A stretch of DNA of 64,000 nucleotides from an uncultured Phascolarctobacterium sp. (GCA_949285135.1 CASDXO010000001.1:70698-134697), one strand, 5' to 3'; numbered from the stretch's first letter, positions 18,783 to 28,756 are shown. The notes: generated from the letters alone by a model not told the origin. Made by a program: numbers and translations.

Positions 18783-19046
18783 TTAAGCCATAGCGTTAAC
18801 TTTTTTAGCGAGTCTGGATTTTTTGCGAGCTGCAGCATTTTTATGGATAATGCCTTTGCGAGCTGCTTTATCAATCAAACCGGAAGCAGTAGCCAGAGTA
18901 GCTTTTGCGTCTTCCTGAGCGCCGGTTTCGGTCAGAGCAACAACTTTACGGGATGCGTTACGGAGAGCTGCTTTGATCGGTGCATTTTTAGCACGGCGTT
19001 CTGCGTCGGTTTTTACACTGCGGATAGAAGATTTAATGTTAGGCAA
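18783..19046 (-). CDS. rpsT: 30S ribosomal protein S20
   Basis: 87 aa. (M)PNIKSSIRSVKTDAERRAKN... TTG start 6 nt after GGAGGTG. Confidence 0.95.
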   Translation of the reverse strand: MPNIKSSIRSVKTDAERRAKNAPIKAALRNASRKVVALTETGAQEDAKATLATASGLIDKAARKGIIHKNAAARKKSRLAKKVNAMA

Positions 19047-19081
19047 CGAAATTCACCTCCTGAAATTACTTGTACTGGAAT

Positions 19082-19110
19082 ATTCTATCACGTACTTGCG
19101 CTTTTAGCAA
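19082..19110 (-). promoter_or_regulatory. candidate rpsT promoter
   Basis: On the minus strand: TTGCTA (19110-19105), a 17-nt spacer, then TGa-TAGAAT (-10 at 19087-19082). Confidence 0.5.
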
Positions 19111-19147
19111 GTTTTTTGTGAAAAAAATAGTGAATTCCCGTACTTTA

Positions 19148-19687
19148 TCAGTCTACGAAAGTAGTAGCAATTCTGTCAGCAGGAATGTCAGAAAGTGTTC
19201 TGAGGGGCAGAGGAGCTTCCGGATAGCCCAGAGCCAGAGCAGAAACAGCCTGATAGCCTTCCGGCAGGTTCAGAGCAGCAATAAGTTCCGGGCACGGGGT
19301 AATGCGGTTCAGCATAGCCCAGAGATAAACGCAGCCAAGACCCAGTTCCGTTGCAGCCAGCTGCATGTTTTCCATAACGCAGCCGATATCGGCAATATAA
19401 ACCAGCTGTTCGTCAGCCTTAGGTTTGGCGGAAACGATTATCAGAGTGGGCGCACCGTAGAAGGGATTGTAGGCAGCGTTGCCAAAAGCCTTGCCGCAGT
19501 AAGCGGCAGTTTTTTGCAGCAGCTCACTGTTTTGTACTACAGAGATATGCAGATCTTTATATGCACCGTGGCCTACCGGAGCAGCATAGGCTGCTTTTAA
19601 GATTATGTTTATTTTGTCCTTTTCTACCTGCTGCGGCAGATATTTGCGGGTGGAACGACGTGTTGCAAGAGCATCTAATGTATTCAT
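19148..19687 (-). CDS. nitroreductase family protein
   Basis: 179 aa. MNTLDALATRRSTRKY.. and the nitroreductase fold pattern. ATG 19687 lies 8 nt after GGAGG; the track start 19702 overlaps the SD. Confidence 0.85.
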   Translation of the reverse strand: MNTLDALATRRSTRKYLPQQVEKDKINIILKAAYAAPVGHGAYKDLHISVVQNSELLQKTAAYCGKAFGNAAYNPFYGAPTLIIVSAKPKADEQLVYIADIGCVMENMQLAATELGLGCVYLWAMLNRITPCPELIAALNLPEGYQAVSALALGYPEAPLPLRTLSDIPADRIATTFVD

Positions 19688-19839
19688 GGGTAATTCCTCC
19701 ATAATCTTTTATTTCCTTATCTATTTTAACAAATATTATATGAATAAGACAGCAAACTTTTTGTGAAGCGGAAAAAGGCTGAAGTATTCCGCATATATAA
19801 ATGAAGAAAAAGCGGCAATTACCAAATACAGGGGAGCGC

Positions 19840-19869
19840 TTGCAAGATTTATCCTGATAATGTTATAAT
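19840..19869 (+). promoter_or_regulatory. candidate lepA promoter
   Basis: TTGCAA (19840-19845), an 18-nt spacer, then TGt-TATAAT (19861-19869). Confidence 0.5.
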
Positions 19870-19907
19870 AAAAAATACTGAAAAAATATCTTTCTGCAAA
19901 GGAGCTT

Positions 19908-21707
19908 ATGATGGAACAGAAACAGATTCGTAATTTTTCCATTATTGCCCATATCGACCACGGCAAATCTACCCTGGCCGACAGATTAATTGAATATACC
20001 GGTACTTTATCCAAACGTGAAATGGAGGAACAGATTCTTGACTCCATGGATCTGGAAAGAGAGCGCGGCATTACCATTAAGGCACAGGCGGTGCGCAGCA
20101 TTTATAAAGCACGCGACGGTCAGGAGTATATGCTGAACTTTATTGACACTCCGGGTCATGTGGACTTTACCTATGAGGTATCAAGAGCGCTGGCTGCCTG
20201 TGAAGGTGCGCTGCTGGTTATCGACGCTACCCAGGGCATTGAGGCGCAGACGCTGGCCAATGTTTATCTGGCGCTGGATAATGATCTGGAAATTATCCCC
20301 GTTGTCAATAAAATAGATTTGCCCAGTGCTGACCCTGAGCATGTGAAACGTGAGATTGAGGATGTCATCGGTATCGACGCTTCTGATGCAGTGCTGTGCA
20401 GCGCAAAAACCGGACTTGGCATTGAGGATGTACTTGAGGCTATCGTGGCCAAGGTGCCTGCTCCCGGCGGCGATGCTGAAAAACCGCTGAAGGCGCTGGT
20501 GTTTGACTCCAAGTTTGACGCTTATAAAGGTGTAGTGCTGTATATCCGCGTTATCGACGGCAGCATCAAAAAAGGCATGAAAATTCGCATGATGGCAACC
20601 GGAGCAGAGTTTGAAGTAACGGAAGTTGGCTACTTTAAACCCGGTATCGTTAATGTAGATTCACTGGAGCCCGGGCAGGTAGGCTTTTTTGCTGCGGCAA
20701 TTAAAAATGTAAAGGATGCCCGCGTCGGCGACACTGTTACTGATGCACTGAGACCTGCCGAACAGGCGCTGCCCGGCTATCGTAAGGCTACGCCCATGGT
20801 ATTCTGCGGTCTGTACCCCGTGGAAAACTCCGATTATGATAACCTGCGTGATGCGCTTGAAAAGCTGCAGCTTAATGATGCATCTCTGGTCTTTGAGCCG
20901 GAAACCTCCATTGCGCTGGGCTTTGGCTTCCGCTGTGGCTTTCTGGGGCTGCTGCACATGGACGTTATCAAGGAAAGGCTGGAACGCGAGTATAACCTGA
21001 GCCTGATTACTACGGCGCCCAACGTTATTTACGAGGTATTCCGCACCAACGGCGATGTGGAAATGGTGGATAATCCTTCCAACTTTCCTGACCCGACGGT
21101 TATCGACCACGTTGAAGAACCTTATGTGAACGCTACCATTATCGTGCCCAAGGATTATGTGGGTGCGGTTATGGAGCTGAGTCAGGAAAAACGCGGCGAA
21201 TATGAAAACATGACCTATCTGGACGAAAACAGGGTTATGATTCACTACGCACTGCCTTTGAGTGAGATTATTTACGATTACTTTGACAGACTGAAATCCG
21301 TTACCCGTGGGTATGCTTCGCTGGACTATGAGCTGGCAGGCTATCGCGCTTCCAATCTGGTTAAGGTGGATATTCTGCTGAACGGCGACCCCGTGGACGC
21401 TCTGTCTGCCATTGTGCATCGTGAAAAGGCAACTACCCGCGGTCGTCAGCTGGTAGAAAAGCTGCGTGGCCTGATTCCCCGTCAGATGTTTGAAATCCCC
21501 GTACAGGCAGCTATCGGCAACAAGATTATCGCCCGTGAAAACGTACGCGCCATGCGTAAGGACGTACTGGCTAAATGCTATGGCGGTGATATCAGCCGTA
21601 AGCGTAAGCTGCTGGAAAAACAAAAAGAAGGAAAAAAACGCATGAAGCAGGTAGGCAGCGTAGAACTGCCGCAGGAAGCTTTTATGGCGATTTTGAAGAT
21701 GGATTAA
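19908..21707 (+). CDS. lepA: elongation factor 4 (translational GTPase LepA)
   Basis: 599 aa with [33 protein letters not shown] and the LepA C-terminal domain. Confidence 0.97.
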   Translation: MMEQKQIRNFSIIAHIDHGKSTLADRLIEYTGTLSKREMEEQILDSMDLERERGITIKAQAVRSIYKARDGQEYMLNFIDTPGHVDFTYEVSRALAACEGALLVIDATQGIEAQTLANVYLALDNDLEIIPVVNKIDLPSADPEHVKREIEDVIGIDASDAVLCSAKTGLGIEDVLEAIVAKVPAPGGDAEKPLKALVFDSKFDAYKGVVLYIRVIDGSIKKGMKIRMMATGAEFEVTEVGYFKPGIVNVDSLEPGQVGFFAAAIKNVKDARVGDTVTDALRPAEQALPGYRKATPMVFCGLYPVENSDYDNLRDALEKLQLNDASLVFEPETSIALGFGFRCGFLGLLHMDVIKERLEREYNLSLITTAPNVIYEVFRTNGDVEMVDNPSNFPDPTVIDHVEEPYVNATIIVPKDYVGAVMELSQEKRGEYENMTYLDENRVMIHYALPLSEIIYDYFDRLKSVTRGYASLDYELAGYRASNLVKVDILLNGDPVDALSAIVHREKATTRGRQLVEKLRGLIPRQMFEIPVQAAIGNKIIARENVRAMRKDVLAKCYGGDISRKRKLLEKQKEGKKRMKQVGSVELPQEAFMAILKMD

Positions 21708-21720
21708 GTAAATACTTATG

Positions 21721-21755
21721 GAAAGCAGAACCTTGGGGTTCTGCTTTTCTTTTGG
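21721..21755 (+). terminator. intrinsic terminator after lepA
   Basis: AAGCAGAACC-TTGG-GGTTCTGCTT followed by TTCTTTTGG. Confidence 0.8.
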
Positions 21756-21939
21756 CACAAGGAAGAAACTTATTTGGGTTATTACCCTAAACTACGTTAC
21801 AGGGTTTAAGAGTGGGCAAAGAAAAGGAGAAAGAGAAAAAATAAATAAAAAAGAGAAAGAGAAAAGAAATCTCACACTTTAAATGGTATCGAAGGCGAGA
21901 AAAAAGAACCTCGTCAGAACAAATTTCAGCAAAATTTTT

Positions 21940-21973
21940 CGGAGCTGTGTTGTATGGCTCCGTTTCTTTTTTT
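21940..21973 (+). terminator. orphan terminator-like hairpin in the lepA/hemW spacer
   Basis: CGGAGC-N11-GCTCCG (extendable with G-U pairs) followed by TTTCTTTTTTT. No annotated gene ends here. Confidence 0.4.
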
Positions 21974-21985
21974 GGGGATAAGAAA

Positions 21986-22014
21986 TTGACGGCTGTAGTC
22001 AGCAATGCTATAGT
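21986..22014 (+). promoter_or_regulatory. candidate hemW promoter
   Basis: TTGACG (21986-21991), a 17-nt spacer, then TGc-TATAGT (22006-22014). Confidence 0.6.
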
Positions 22015-22032
22015 GGTGTAAGTAATTTAGAG

Positions 22033-23238
22033 ATGGAGCGGACGAAAATGAAGTGTGAAGCTGAAAAAAATACAGCACTGCGCCCGTGGCAGCAGGTGCA
22101 GGCGGTTTATGTGCATATCCCTTTCTGCGTGCAGAAATGTCTGTACTGCGATTTTGCTTCCTACGCCTGCTATGACAGCAAGGTACAGCAGGAGTATGTC
22201 GCTGCCGTATGCCGGGAGATTGAGCGTAAGGGACGTGCAGGTAAGGCGATAAATCCGGCGGCGACAATCTATTTTGGTGGTGGTACTCCTTCGGTGCTGC
22301 CGGCAGAGGAGATTGCCAGGATTGTGACTGCGCTGAAAAATTGCGGCTGGTGGCAGCAGCCTGCGGAGGCAACTATCGAGGTGAATCCAGGTACGGCAGA
22401 CGAGGATAAATTGCGTGCTTTGCATCAGCTTGGCTTTGACCGCATCAGCTTCGGCGTGCAGTCGCTGCAGGACGGCGAGCTGGCTGCTATAGGACGCATC
22501 CATACGGCGCTCGAGGCTTTGGACGCTGTCGCCATGGCGCAGGCGGCTGGTTTTAAGCGTATCAATGCGGACGTAATCTACGGCTTGCCGCTGCAGACTT
22601 TGCGTAGCCTTGAAGATACTTTACAGCAGCTGACAGCGACGGGTATTGAGCATCTTTCCGTGTACGGACTGATTCTGGAGGAGGGCACGCCTCTTACCAG
22701 ACTGGCAGAAGCAGGGCAGGTGCAGCTGCCGGATGAGGACGCGACTGCCGATATGTATGAATTCGTGCAGCGCTTTCTGCGTGAGCAGGGCTATGAACGC
22801 TATGAAATTTCCAACTATGCCCGTGGCGACGCTTATTCCCGGCACAACATGGCTTACTGGCGTTATCTGCCTTACGAAGCCTTTGGTGCGGCGGCCTGTG
22901 CTTTTGACGGTACTGCCCGCATGACAGCGACGGCGGAGGTAGCAGCGTATATTGCCGGCAGCGAGTCCGGGCACGATATTTATACTGTCGAGCAGCTAAG
23001 TAATGCTGAACTTATGGGAGAGTTTATGTTTATGAATCTGCGTAAAACTTCCGGTGCGGATTTGGCGCAGGCCCGTGAGCGTTACGGCGTGGACGTGTGG
23101 GAAAAATACCGGGCAGAGCTTGAACCGCTGCAGGCTGCAGGTCTTGTGGCATATGATGATAAGCAGAAAATACTGCGGCTGACAGAGAGCGGCATGGAGG
23201 TTGGCAACCGTATTTTTGAAATTTTTGTGACTGCATAA
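22033..23238 (+). CDS. hemW: radical SAM heme chaperone HemW (HemN-like, oxygen-independent coproporphyrinogen oxidase family)
   Basis: YVHIPFCVQKCLYCDF (CxxxCxxC), GGGTPS, HemN_C-like tail. It sits in the conserved position after lepA. ATG 22048 (GGAG 9 nt upstream) is an alternative start. Confidence 0.9.
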   Translation: MERTKMKCEAEKNTALRPWQQVQAVYVHIPFCVQKCLYCDFASYACYDSKVQQEYVAAVCREIERKGRAGKAINPAATIYFGGGTPSVLPAEEIARIVTALKNCGWWQQPAEATIEVNPGTADEDKLRALHQLGFDRISFGVQSLQDGELAAIGRIHTALEALDAVAMAQAAGFKRINADVIYGLPLQTLRSLEDTLQQLTATGIEHLSVYGLILEEGTPLTRLAEAGQVQLPDEDATADMYEFVQRFLREQGYERYEISNYARGDAYSRHNMAYWRYLPYEAFGAAACAFDGTARMTATAEVAAYIAGSESGHDIYTVEQLSNAELMGEFMFMNLRKTSGADLAQARERYGVDVWEKYRAELEPLQAAGLVAYDDKQKILRLTESGMEVGNRIFEIFVTA

Positions 23239-23256
23239 AATTAAACAAAAAAGTTA

Positions 23257-23285
23257 TTGACAAGGTATAGGGGCAGTGCTATTCT
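23257..23285 (+). promoter_or_regulatory. hrcA operon promoter
   Basis: TTGACA (23257-23262), a 17-nt spacer, then TGc-TATTCT (23277-23285). It lies immediately upstream of the CIRCE. Confidence 0.6.
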
Positions 23286-23297
23286 AATATCAAGGTG

Positions 23298-23324
23298 TTA
23301 GCACTCCTGATAAACGAGTGCTAA
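23298..23324 (+). promoter_or_regulatory. CIRCE operator (HrcA binding site)
   Basis: TTAGCACTC-ctgataaac-GAGTGCTAA is a perfect match to the consensus TTAGCACTC-N9-GAGTGCTAA. Confidence 0.95.
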
Positions 23325-23344
23325 CAACGAACTGGGGTGAAGTT

Positions 23345-24370
23345 ATGTTAAACGAAAGAAAGAAGAAAATTCTCCAGCTCATTATAGAAGACTATATTTC
23401 GACGGCAGAGCCCGTGGGCTCCAGGACCATTGCCCGCAAATATAATCTGGGCATCAGCCCGGCGACCATCCGCAACGAGATGAGCGACCTGGAAATGCTT
23501 GGTTATCTGGAGCAGCCCCATACTTCTGCCGGCCGTATACCCTCGGCGCAGGCTTACCGTTTTTACGTGGATTCCCTGCTGGAACCGGGGGCCCTGACAG
23601 ATAATGATATGGCACTCATTAACAGCTGGTTTAAGGAACGGCGCCGCAGCATTGATGAAATCTTCCAGTCTACGGCTAAGATACTGTCGCGGATGACGCA
23701 GAATGTTTCCATGGTGCTGGCCAATAAAAGCGACACGGCGTTGTTCAGATACATGAAGTTCCTGCCGCTTGATGACAGACATGCCATTTTGTGCATCGTT
23801 ACTGATGACGGCAGCGTCGATAACTGCGTGGTTGAAATACCTCTGGGTATGCGTCCCGAGGAACTGGACTACATGGCAGGACGCGTCAGCAGACTGCTGG
23901 AAGGTAAGCCGCTTTCCTCCATAAGCGAAACACTGCTCAGTGCCGTGCATACGGACATTGTCGAGGACAAGCTGCTGTTTACTTCGCTGATCAGTACCAT
24001 CAACAGGATGAGCCGCAGGCATCAGCAGCAGAGGGTTTTCCTGGGCGGTACCAAACAGCTGCTCAGCCAGCCGGAGTTCCGCGATATGGACAGAGTAAGA
24101 GATCTGCTGGGGATTCTTGAAGAAGAAAAAGTAGTGCGCGACCTGCTTCTGGCAGGTGAGGATAGCGGCCTGAAAATTACTATCGGGTCAGAAAACAAAT
24201 TTACCGGCATTCAGGACTGCAGTATGGTGCAGGCAACCTACCGGCTTAACGGACAGGTTGTAGGTACAATGGCTGTGCTGGGGCCGACGCGCATGGAATA
24301 CAGCAAGGTAATATCCGTTATGGATTACCTGCACAAATATCTGAAAACTATTTTCCAACAGGAAAAGTAA
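23345..24370 (+). CDS. hrcA: heat-inducible transcription repressor HrcA
   Basis: 341 aa. MLNERKKKILQLIIEDYISTAEPVGSRTIARKY..SPATIRNEMSDLE. The track start 23318 would overlap the CIRCE. Confidence 0.95.
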   Translation: MLNERKKKILQLIIEDYISTAEPVGSRTIARKYNLGISPATIRNEMSDLEMLGYLEQPHTSAGRIPSAQAYRFYVDSLLEPGALTDNDMALINSWFKERRRSIDEIFQSTAKILSRMTQNVSMVLANKSDTALFRYMKFLPLDDRHAILCIVTDDGSVDNCVVEIPLGMRPEELDYMAGRVSRLLEGKPLSSISETLLSAVHTDIVEDKLLFTSLISTINRMSRRHQQQRVFLGGTKQLLSQPEFRDMDRVRDLLGILEEEKVVRDLLLAGEDSGLKITIGSENKFTGIQDCSMVQATYRLNGQVVGTMAVLGPTRMEYSKVISVMDYLHKYLKTIFQQEK

Positions 24371-24388
24371 AACGAAGGAGGAAGAATT

Positions 24389-24970
24389 TTGCAAGAGGAA
24401 GAATTGAAACAAACTCAAACTGAAGAAACTTCCGCCAACGAGCAGACTGAAAACGTTCAGACTGAACAGACAGCAGAGCAGCCGGAAACGGAGACTCAGG
24501 AGGAAGAAGCTGCACAGGCTGAACCTGATGCGAAGGATGTGCAGATTGCAGAGCTCCAGAACAGACTGCTGCGCCTGCAGGCTGATTTTGATAATTTCCG
24601 CCGCCGCACGGCAGGTGAGAAAGAACAGCTTTCCTCATTTGTTACAGTCGGCGTTGTCGGCAAGTTCCTCAAGGTGCTGGATAATTTTGAACGCGCCGAA
24701 ATAAGCTTTGAGAAAAAGCCTGAGCTGGACAGCATGCTGACCGGCCTGAAACAGATTCGTCGTCAGTTCGACGAAGTATTTAAAGAACTGGGCGTTACGG
24801 AAATCGAAGCGCAGGACAAAAAATTTGACCCGGCGCTGCATGAAGCCGTAATGCGGGGACAAAACCCTGAGCTGGAAGATGAAACCATCGACATGGTTTT
24901 TGAAAAGGGCTACAAGCTCAATGACAAGGTAATCCGTCACAGCAAAGTAAGAGTCATCAGCAACGAATAG
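24389..24970 (+). CDS. grpE: nucleotide exchange factor GrpE
   Basis: 193 aa. TTG start 8 nt after AAGGAGG. Acidic N-terminus, LRLQADFDNFRRR, FDPALHEAV. Confidence 0.95.
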   Translation: MQEEELKQTQTEETSANEQTENVQTEQTAEQPETETQEEEAAQAEPDAKDVQIAELQNRLLRLQADFDNFRRRTAGEKEQLSSFVTVGVVGKFLKVLDNFERAEISFEKKPELDSMLTGLKQIRRQFDEVFKELGVTEIEAQDKKFDPALHEAVMRGQNPELEDETIDMVFEKGYKLNDKVIRHSKVRVISNE

Positions 24971-25027
24971 TGCCGGTACTCTGAAAATAAATCCAATAAT
25001 CGTATGTATAATTAGGAGGAAATAACA

Positions 25028-26860
25028 ATGTCTAAAGTAATCGGTATTGACTTAGGTACTACAAACTCTGTTGTCGCTGTTATGGAAGGCGGCGAACCGA
25101 CAGTTATCACTAATCAGGAAGGCAGCCGCCTGACTCCGTCCGTAGTTGGTTTTTCCAAAAACGGTGAACGTCTGGTAGGCCAGCTGGCAAAACGTCAGGC
25201 AGTTTCCAATCCTGACAGAACCATCAGCTCCATTAAACGTCATATGGGCACTTCCTACAAAGTTGAAATTGACAGCAAAAAATATTCTCCGGAAGAAATT
25301 TCCGCAATGATTCTGCAAAAACTGAAAGGTGATGCAGAAAAATATCTGGGCGAGACTGTAACTCAGGCAGTTATCACTGTTCCGGCTTACTTCTCCGACA
25401 GCCAGCGTCAGGCTACCAAAGACGCAGGCAAAATTGCAGGTCTGGAAGTTCTGCGTATCATCAACGAACCTACCGCTGCAGCGCTTGCTTACGGTATTGA
25501 CAAGACTGACGACCATACCGTTCTCGTATATGACCTGGGCGGCGGTACCTTCGATGTTTCCATTCTGGAAATGGGCGACGGCGTCTTTGAAGTAAAAGCT
25601 ACCAACGGCGATACTCATCTGGGTGGCGATGACTTTGACCAGAAAATTATCGACTGGATGGTTTCCGAATTCAAGAAAGCAGAAGGCATCGACCTGTCTG
25701 TTGACCGTATGGCTATGCAGCGTCTGCGCGAAGCTGCTGAAAAGGCTAAGATCGAACTGTCCGGCGTTCTGACCACCAACATCAACCTGCCGTTCATTAC
25801 CGCAGGTGCTGATGGCCCGAAACATCTGGACATGGATCTGACCCGCGCTAAATTTGAAGAAATGACTGCGGATCTGGTAGAACGCACCATGGGCCCGACC
25901 CGTCAGGCCATGGCTGATGCAGGTCTCTCTGCCAGCGACATTCAGAAAGTAATTCTGGTAGGCGGTTCTTCCCGTATCCCGGCTGTTCAGGAAGCAATCA
26001 AGAAATTTATCGGTAAGGAACCTCACCGCGGCGTAAATCCGGACGAATGCGTTGCTATCGGCGCAGCTATCCAGGCCGGCGTACTGGCAGGCGAAGTTAA
26101 AGACGTACTGCTGCTGGACGTAACTCCGTTGTCTTTGGGTATTGAAACCCTCGGCGGTGTATTTACCAAGATTATCGACCGCAACACCACCATTCCTACC
26201 TCCAAGAAACAGGTATTCTCCACTGCTGTGGATAACCAGCCTTCCGTTGATATCCATGTACTGCAGGGCGAACGTGAAATGGCTGCTGACAACAAGACTC
26301 TGGGTCGTTTTGAACTGGGCGGCATTCCGGCTGCTCCCCGTGGAGTACCTAAAATCGAAGTTGCTTTCGATATTGACGCTAACGGCATCGTAAACGTAAG
26401 CGCTAAAGATCTGGGCACCGGCAAGGAACAGAAGATTACCATTACTTCTTCCGGCTCTCTTGATAAAGACGAAGTTGAAAGAATGGTTAAAGAAGCAGAA
26501 GCAAACGCTGAAGCAGATAAAAAACGTAAAGAGGGCGTAGAAGTACGCAACCAGGCAGACTCCCTGTGCTATCAGGCTGAAAAGACCATGAAAGACATGG
26601 AAGGCAAAGGCAAAGACGATTTGATTGCCAAAGTTAAAGCTGCCATGGATACCCTGAAAGAATCCATGAAAGGCGAAGATCTGGAAAAAATCAAGGCTGA
26701 TACCGAAGCTCTGACCAAACCGCTGTATGAACTTTCTGCTGAACTCTACAAAGAAACCGAAGCAGCAAAGAACGCGCAGGGTGCTCAGGCAGGCGACGCA
26801 GGCAAAAAAGCCGACGATGATGTAGTTGACGCTGAAGTAGTTGACGACGACAAAAAATAA
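25028..26860 (+). CDS. dnaK: molecular chaperone DnaK (Hsp70)
   Basis: 610 aa with [30 protein letters not shown]. Confidence 0.98.
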   Translation: MSKVIGIDLGTTNSVVAVMEGGEPTVITNQEGSRLTPSVVGFSKNGERLVGQLAKRQAVSNPDRTISSIKRHMGTSYKVEIDSKKYSPEEISAMILQKLKGDAEKYLGETVTQAVITVPAYFSDSQRQATKDAGKIAGLEVLRIINEPTAAALAYGIDKTDDHTVLVYDLGGGTFDVSILEMGDGVFEVKATNGDTHLGGDDFDQKIIDWMVSEFKKAEGIDLSVDRMAMQRLREAAEKAKIELSGVLTTNINLPFITAGADGPKHLDMDLTRAKFEEMTADLVERTMGPTRQAMADAGLSASDIQKVILVGGSSRIPAVQEAIKKFIGKEPHRGVNPDECVAIGAAIQAGVLAGEVKDVLLLDVTPLSLGIETLGGVFTKIIDRNTTIPTSKKQVFSTAVDNQPSVDIHVLQGEREMAADNKTLGRFELGGIPAAPRGVPKIEVAFDIDANGIVNVSAKDLGTGKEQKITITSSGSLDKDEVERMVKEAEANAEADKKRKEGVEVRNQADSLCYQAEKTMKDMEGKGKDDLIAKVKAAMDTLKESMKGEDLEKIKADTEALTKPLYELSAELYKETEAAKNAQGAQAGDAGKKADDDVVDAEVVDDDKK

Positions 26861-26883
26861 TTAGCTTTAGGATGGTGTAAACT

Positions 26884-28032
26884 TTGAGTAAAAGAGATTA
26901 TTACGAGGTTCTGGGTGTGTCCAAAACAGCTACCCAAGATGAGCTGAAAAAAGCATACCGCAAACTGGCACGTAAATATCATCCTGATCTGAATAAAGAT
27001 AATCCGGAAGCTGCGGAAAAATTCAAGGAATGCAACGAAGCCTACAGCGTGCTTTCTGACGAGCAAAAACGCGCCCAGTATGACCAGTTCGGCCCGGAAG
27101 CCTTTGAAAACGGCGGTATGGGCGGCGGTCCTGGAGCAGGTGGCTTTGGTGGCTTCGGCGGATTTGGCGGCAGCGGCATGGAAGATATCTTCGATATGTT
27201 TTTCGGCGGTCAGGGCCGCGGCGGCAGAAGCACTAATGCCGGCCCGCAGCGCGGCGCCGACCTCCGCTTTGATCTGGAAATTTCCTTTGAAGAAGCTGCT
27301 TTCGGCATCGAGAAGGAAATCTCACTCAAACGCGCGGAAAGATGCGAGCACTGTCATGGTGAAGGTGCAGAGCCCGGTTCCAAGGTGGAAACCTGCCCTG
27401 AATGTCATGGCAGCGGCTATGTACGCTTTACTCAGAACACCATGTTTGGCCAGATGGTCAACGAAAGACCCTGTTCCAGATGTCATGGTGAGGGTAAGAT
27501 TATCAGCGATCCGTGCAGAGAGTGCCGCGGTACCGGTACGGTAAAGAAGACCAAGAAGCTGAAAGTAAAGATTCCGGCAGGCGTGGACAATGGGTCCAGA
27601 CTGCGTGTGGGCGGCGAAGGCGAAGCAGGTCTCAAGGGCGGCCCCAGCGGCGATTTGTATGTATATCTGTATGTAAAGCCGCATAAGTTCTTTGAACGTG
27701 ACGGTACTACCGTACTGTGCGAAGTGCCTATCAACATTGTTCAGGCTACTTTGGGCGCTGAAATCAAGGTGCCGACGCTGGACGGACAGGTAACCATGAA
27801 GGTGCCGGAAGGCACGCAGCCCGGCAAGGTTATGCGCCTGAAGGGCAAAGGCATACCCAGTCTGCGCGGCGGTGGTCGTGGAGATCAGCTGGTACGCATG
27901 AAGGTAGTTGTGCCCACAAAACTGACGGACAAACAAAAGGATGCTTTGCAGAAGTTTGCGGACATCAGTAAGGACAATATTAACCCGGAAGAAAAAAGCT
28001 TTTTGAATAAGGTTAAGGACTTTTTCAAATAA
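26884..28032 (+). CDS. dnaJ: molecular chaperone DnaJ (type I)
   Basis: 382 aa, TTG start. J domain with HPD, a G/F-rich region, and four CxxCxGxG zinc-finger repeats. Confidence 0.97.
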   Translation: MSKRDYYEVLGVSKTATQDELKKAYRKLARKYHPDLNKDNPEAAEKFKECNEAYSVLSDEQKRAQYDQFGPEAFENGGMGGGPGAGGFGGFGGFGGSGMEDIFDMFFGGQGRGGRSTNAGPQRGADLRFDLEISFEEAAFGIEKEISLKRAERCEHCHGEGAEPGSKVETCPECHGSGYVRFTQNTMFGQMVNERPCSRCHGEGKIISDPCRECRGTGTVKKTKKLKVKIPAGVDNGSRLRVGGEGEAGLKGGPSGDLYVYLYVKPHKFFERDGTTVLCEVPINIVQATLGAEIKVPTLDGQVTMKVPEGTQPGKVMRLKGKGIPSLRGGGRGDQLVRMKVVVPTKLTDKQKDALQKFADISKDNINPEEKSFLNKVKDFFK

Positions 28033-28044
28033 GCACTGATAAAA

Positions 28045-28080
28045 AGGAAACCCGCTGCTATTTTAGCAGCGGGTTTTTCG
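28045..28080. terminator. bidirectional terminator between dnaJ and ogt
   Basis: CCCGCTGCT-ATTTT-AGCAGCGGG flanked by an A-run and TTTTT. Confidence 0.85.
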
Positions 28081-28096
28081 TTTCAGGCGTATTTAT

Positions 28097-28561
28097 TTAT
28101 GATTTCTGTTCAAGAGTCAGCAGCTGCTGTTTTAATGCCAGTCCACCGGCGTAGCCGGTCAGGCTGCCGTTGCTACCGATAACGCGGTGGCAGGGAATGA
28201 TGACAGGCAGCGGATTGTGGTGACAGGCACTGCCTACGGCGCGGCTGGCTTGGGGTTTGCCGATGGCTGCCGCCAGTTCCTTGTAGGTAGAGGTTGTGCC
28301 GTAAGGAATGTGCGTCAGTGCACGCCAGACCTGCTGTTGAAATTCGGTGCCGACAGGCTGCAGCGGAACAGTAAACTGTTTGCGCTGACCCTGAAAATAT
28401 TCCTGCAACTGAGCTACTGCCTGAACCAGTACGGCATTTTCTTTTTCTGCAGCGTTTTCTGGTTGCTGTACGCCAAAATCTACGCGCAGCAGGCTGAAAT
28501 CATCGGCAGTAAGTGTTAATGCTATGGAGAATGTTGGTCGGATAACTGTAAAGTAAAGCAT
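28097..28561 (-). CDS. ogt: methylated-DNA--protein-cysteine methyltransferase
   Basis: 154 aa. Active site IIPCHRVI and the helix-turn-wing segment YGTTSTYKELA. ATG 28561 follows GGGTGA; ATG 28582 is an alternative start. Confidence 0.9.
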   Translation of the reverse strand: MLYFTVIRPTFSIALTLTADDFSLLRVDFGVQQPENAAEKENAVLVQAVAQLQEYFQGQRKQFTVPLQPVGTEFQQQVWRALTHIPYGTTSTYKELAAAIGKPQASRAVGSACHHNPLPVIIPCHRVIGSNGSLTGYAGGLALKQQLLTLEQKS

Positions 28562-28610
28562 CTGTTTCACCCTGAGTATCATTTTTGTAAATACAATTTC
28601 ATTTTAACAT

Positions 28611-28708
28611 AAAAAAAGAACCGAATATATGCTGAACTTCATATATTCGGCAGAAAATGTGTGACATTAGAGAAACTAATGTCCCGAGCAAATGTCTCGT
28701 TTGCTGTT
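28611..28708 (-). ncRNA. candidate small RNA or terminator-containing leader upstream of ogt
   Basis: The predicted start is ~7 nt after a minus-strand TATAAT (28720-28715). Three hairpins follow, the last (CCGAATATAT-N10-ATATATTCGG) trailed by UUCUUUUUUU. No ORF exceeds 12 codons. Confidence 0.4.
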
Positions 28709-28714
28709 GATTTA

Positions 28715-28720
28715 ATTATA
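28715..28720 (-). promoter_or_regulatory. -10 hexamer (TATAAT) of an activator-type promoter, minus strand
   Basis: Perfect TATAAT on the minus strand. The -35 position reads ACAGCC, which does not match. The palindrome 28741-28756 is centred about 40.5-41.5 bp upstream of the implied start. Confidence 0.45.
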
Positions 28721-28740
28721 AATCATTGTTAATAGTTGGC

Positions 28741-28756
28741 TGTTGCTAAAGCAACA
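28741..28756. promoter_or_regulatory. 16-bp palindrome TGTTGC-TAAA-GCAACA (site 1), putative Crp/Fnr-family operator
   Basis: Perfect inverted repeat. One of three identical-arm copies, all next to the Crp/Fnr gene. Confidence 0.55.

Noticed and set aside
19096-19117. Hairpin CTTGC-N7-GCAAG followed by TTTTTT on the plus strand between the nitroreductase gene and rpsT.
   Set aside because: No plus-strand gene ends there. The sequence coincides with the -35 region of the minus-strand rpsT promoter, and on the minus strand it lacks a U-tract.
21787-22005. 72-aa minus-strand ORF in the lepA/hemW spacer.
   Set aside because: It is largely the translation of the pyrimidine complement of a polypurine tract (FLFLFFIYFFSFSFS). 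It has no SD and overlaps the hemW promoter.
25052-26257. Very long antisense ORFs opposite many genes: 401 aa opposite dnaK, 460 aa opposite murE (6350-7732), 451 aa opposite glyS (39572-40927), 412 aa opposite addB (42048-43286), 365 aa opposite lepA (20661-21758), 360 aa opposite murD (10343-11425), 345 aa opposite the secreted protein gene (1075-2112), 344 aa opposite ppsA (62941-63975) and 339 aa opposite the glucosaminidase gene (56457-57476).
   Set aside because: They are codon-aligned with the sense frame. For dnaK I checked that the antisense triplets coincide with the sense codons. Stops in that frame arise only from sense TTA, CTA and TCA codons, which this genome avoids. The translations are low-complexity with no SD or recognisable motifs, and the sense-strand products are unmistakable conserved proteins.
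27080-27544. 154-aa alternative-frame ORF inside dnaJ, and the apparent tandem GGC/GGT repeats at about 27110-27180.
   Set aside because: The repeats simply encode the DnaJ G/F-rich linker ([22 protein letters not shown]). The alternative frame is Ala/Arg-rich, which is a GC-bias artefact.
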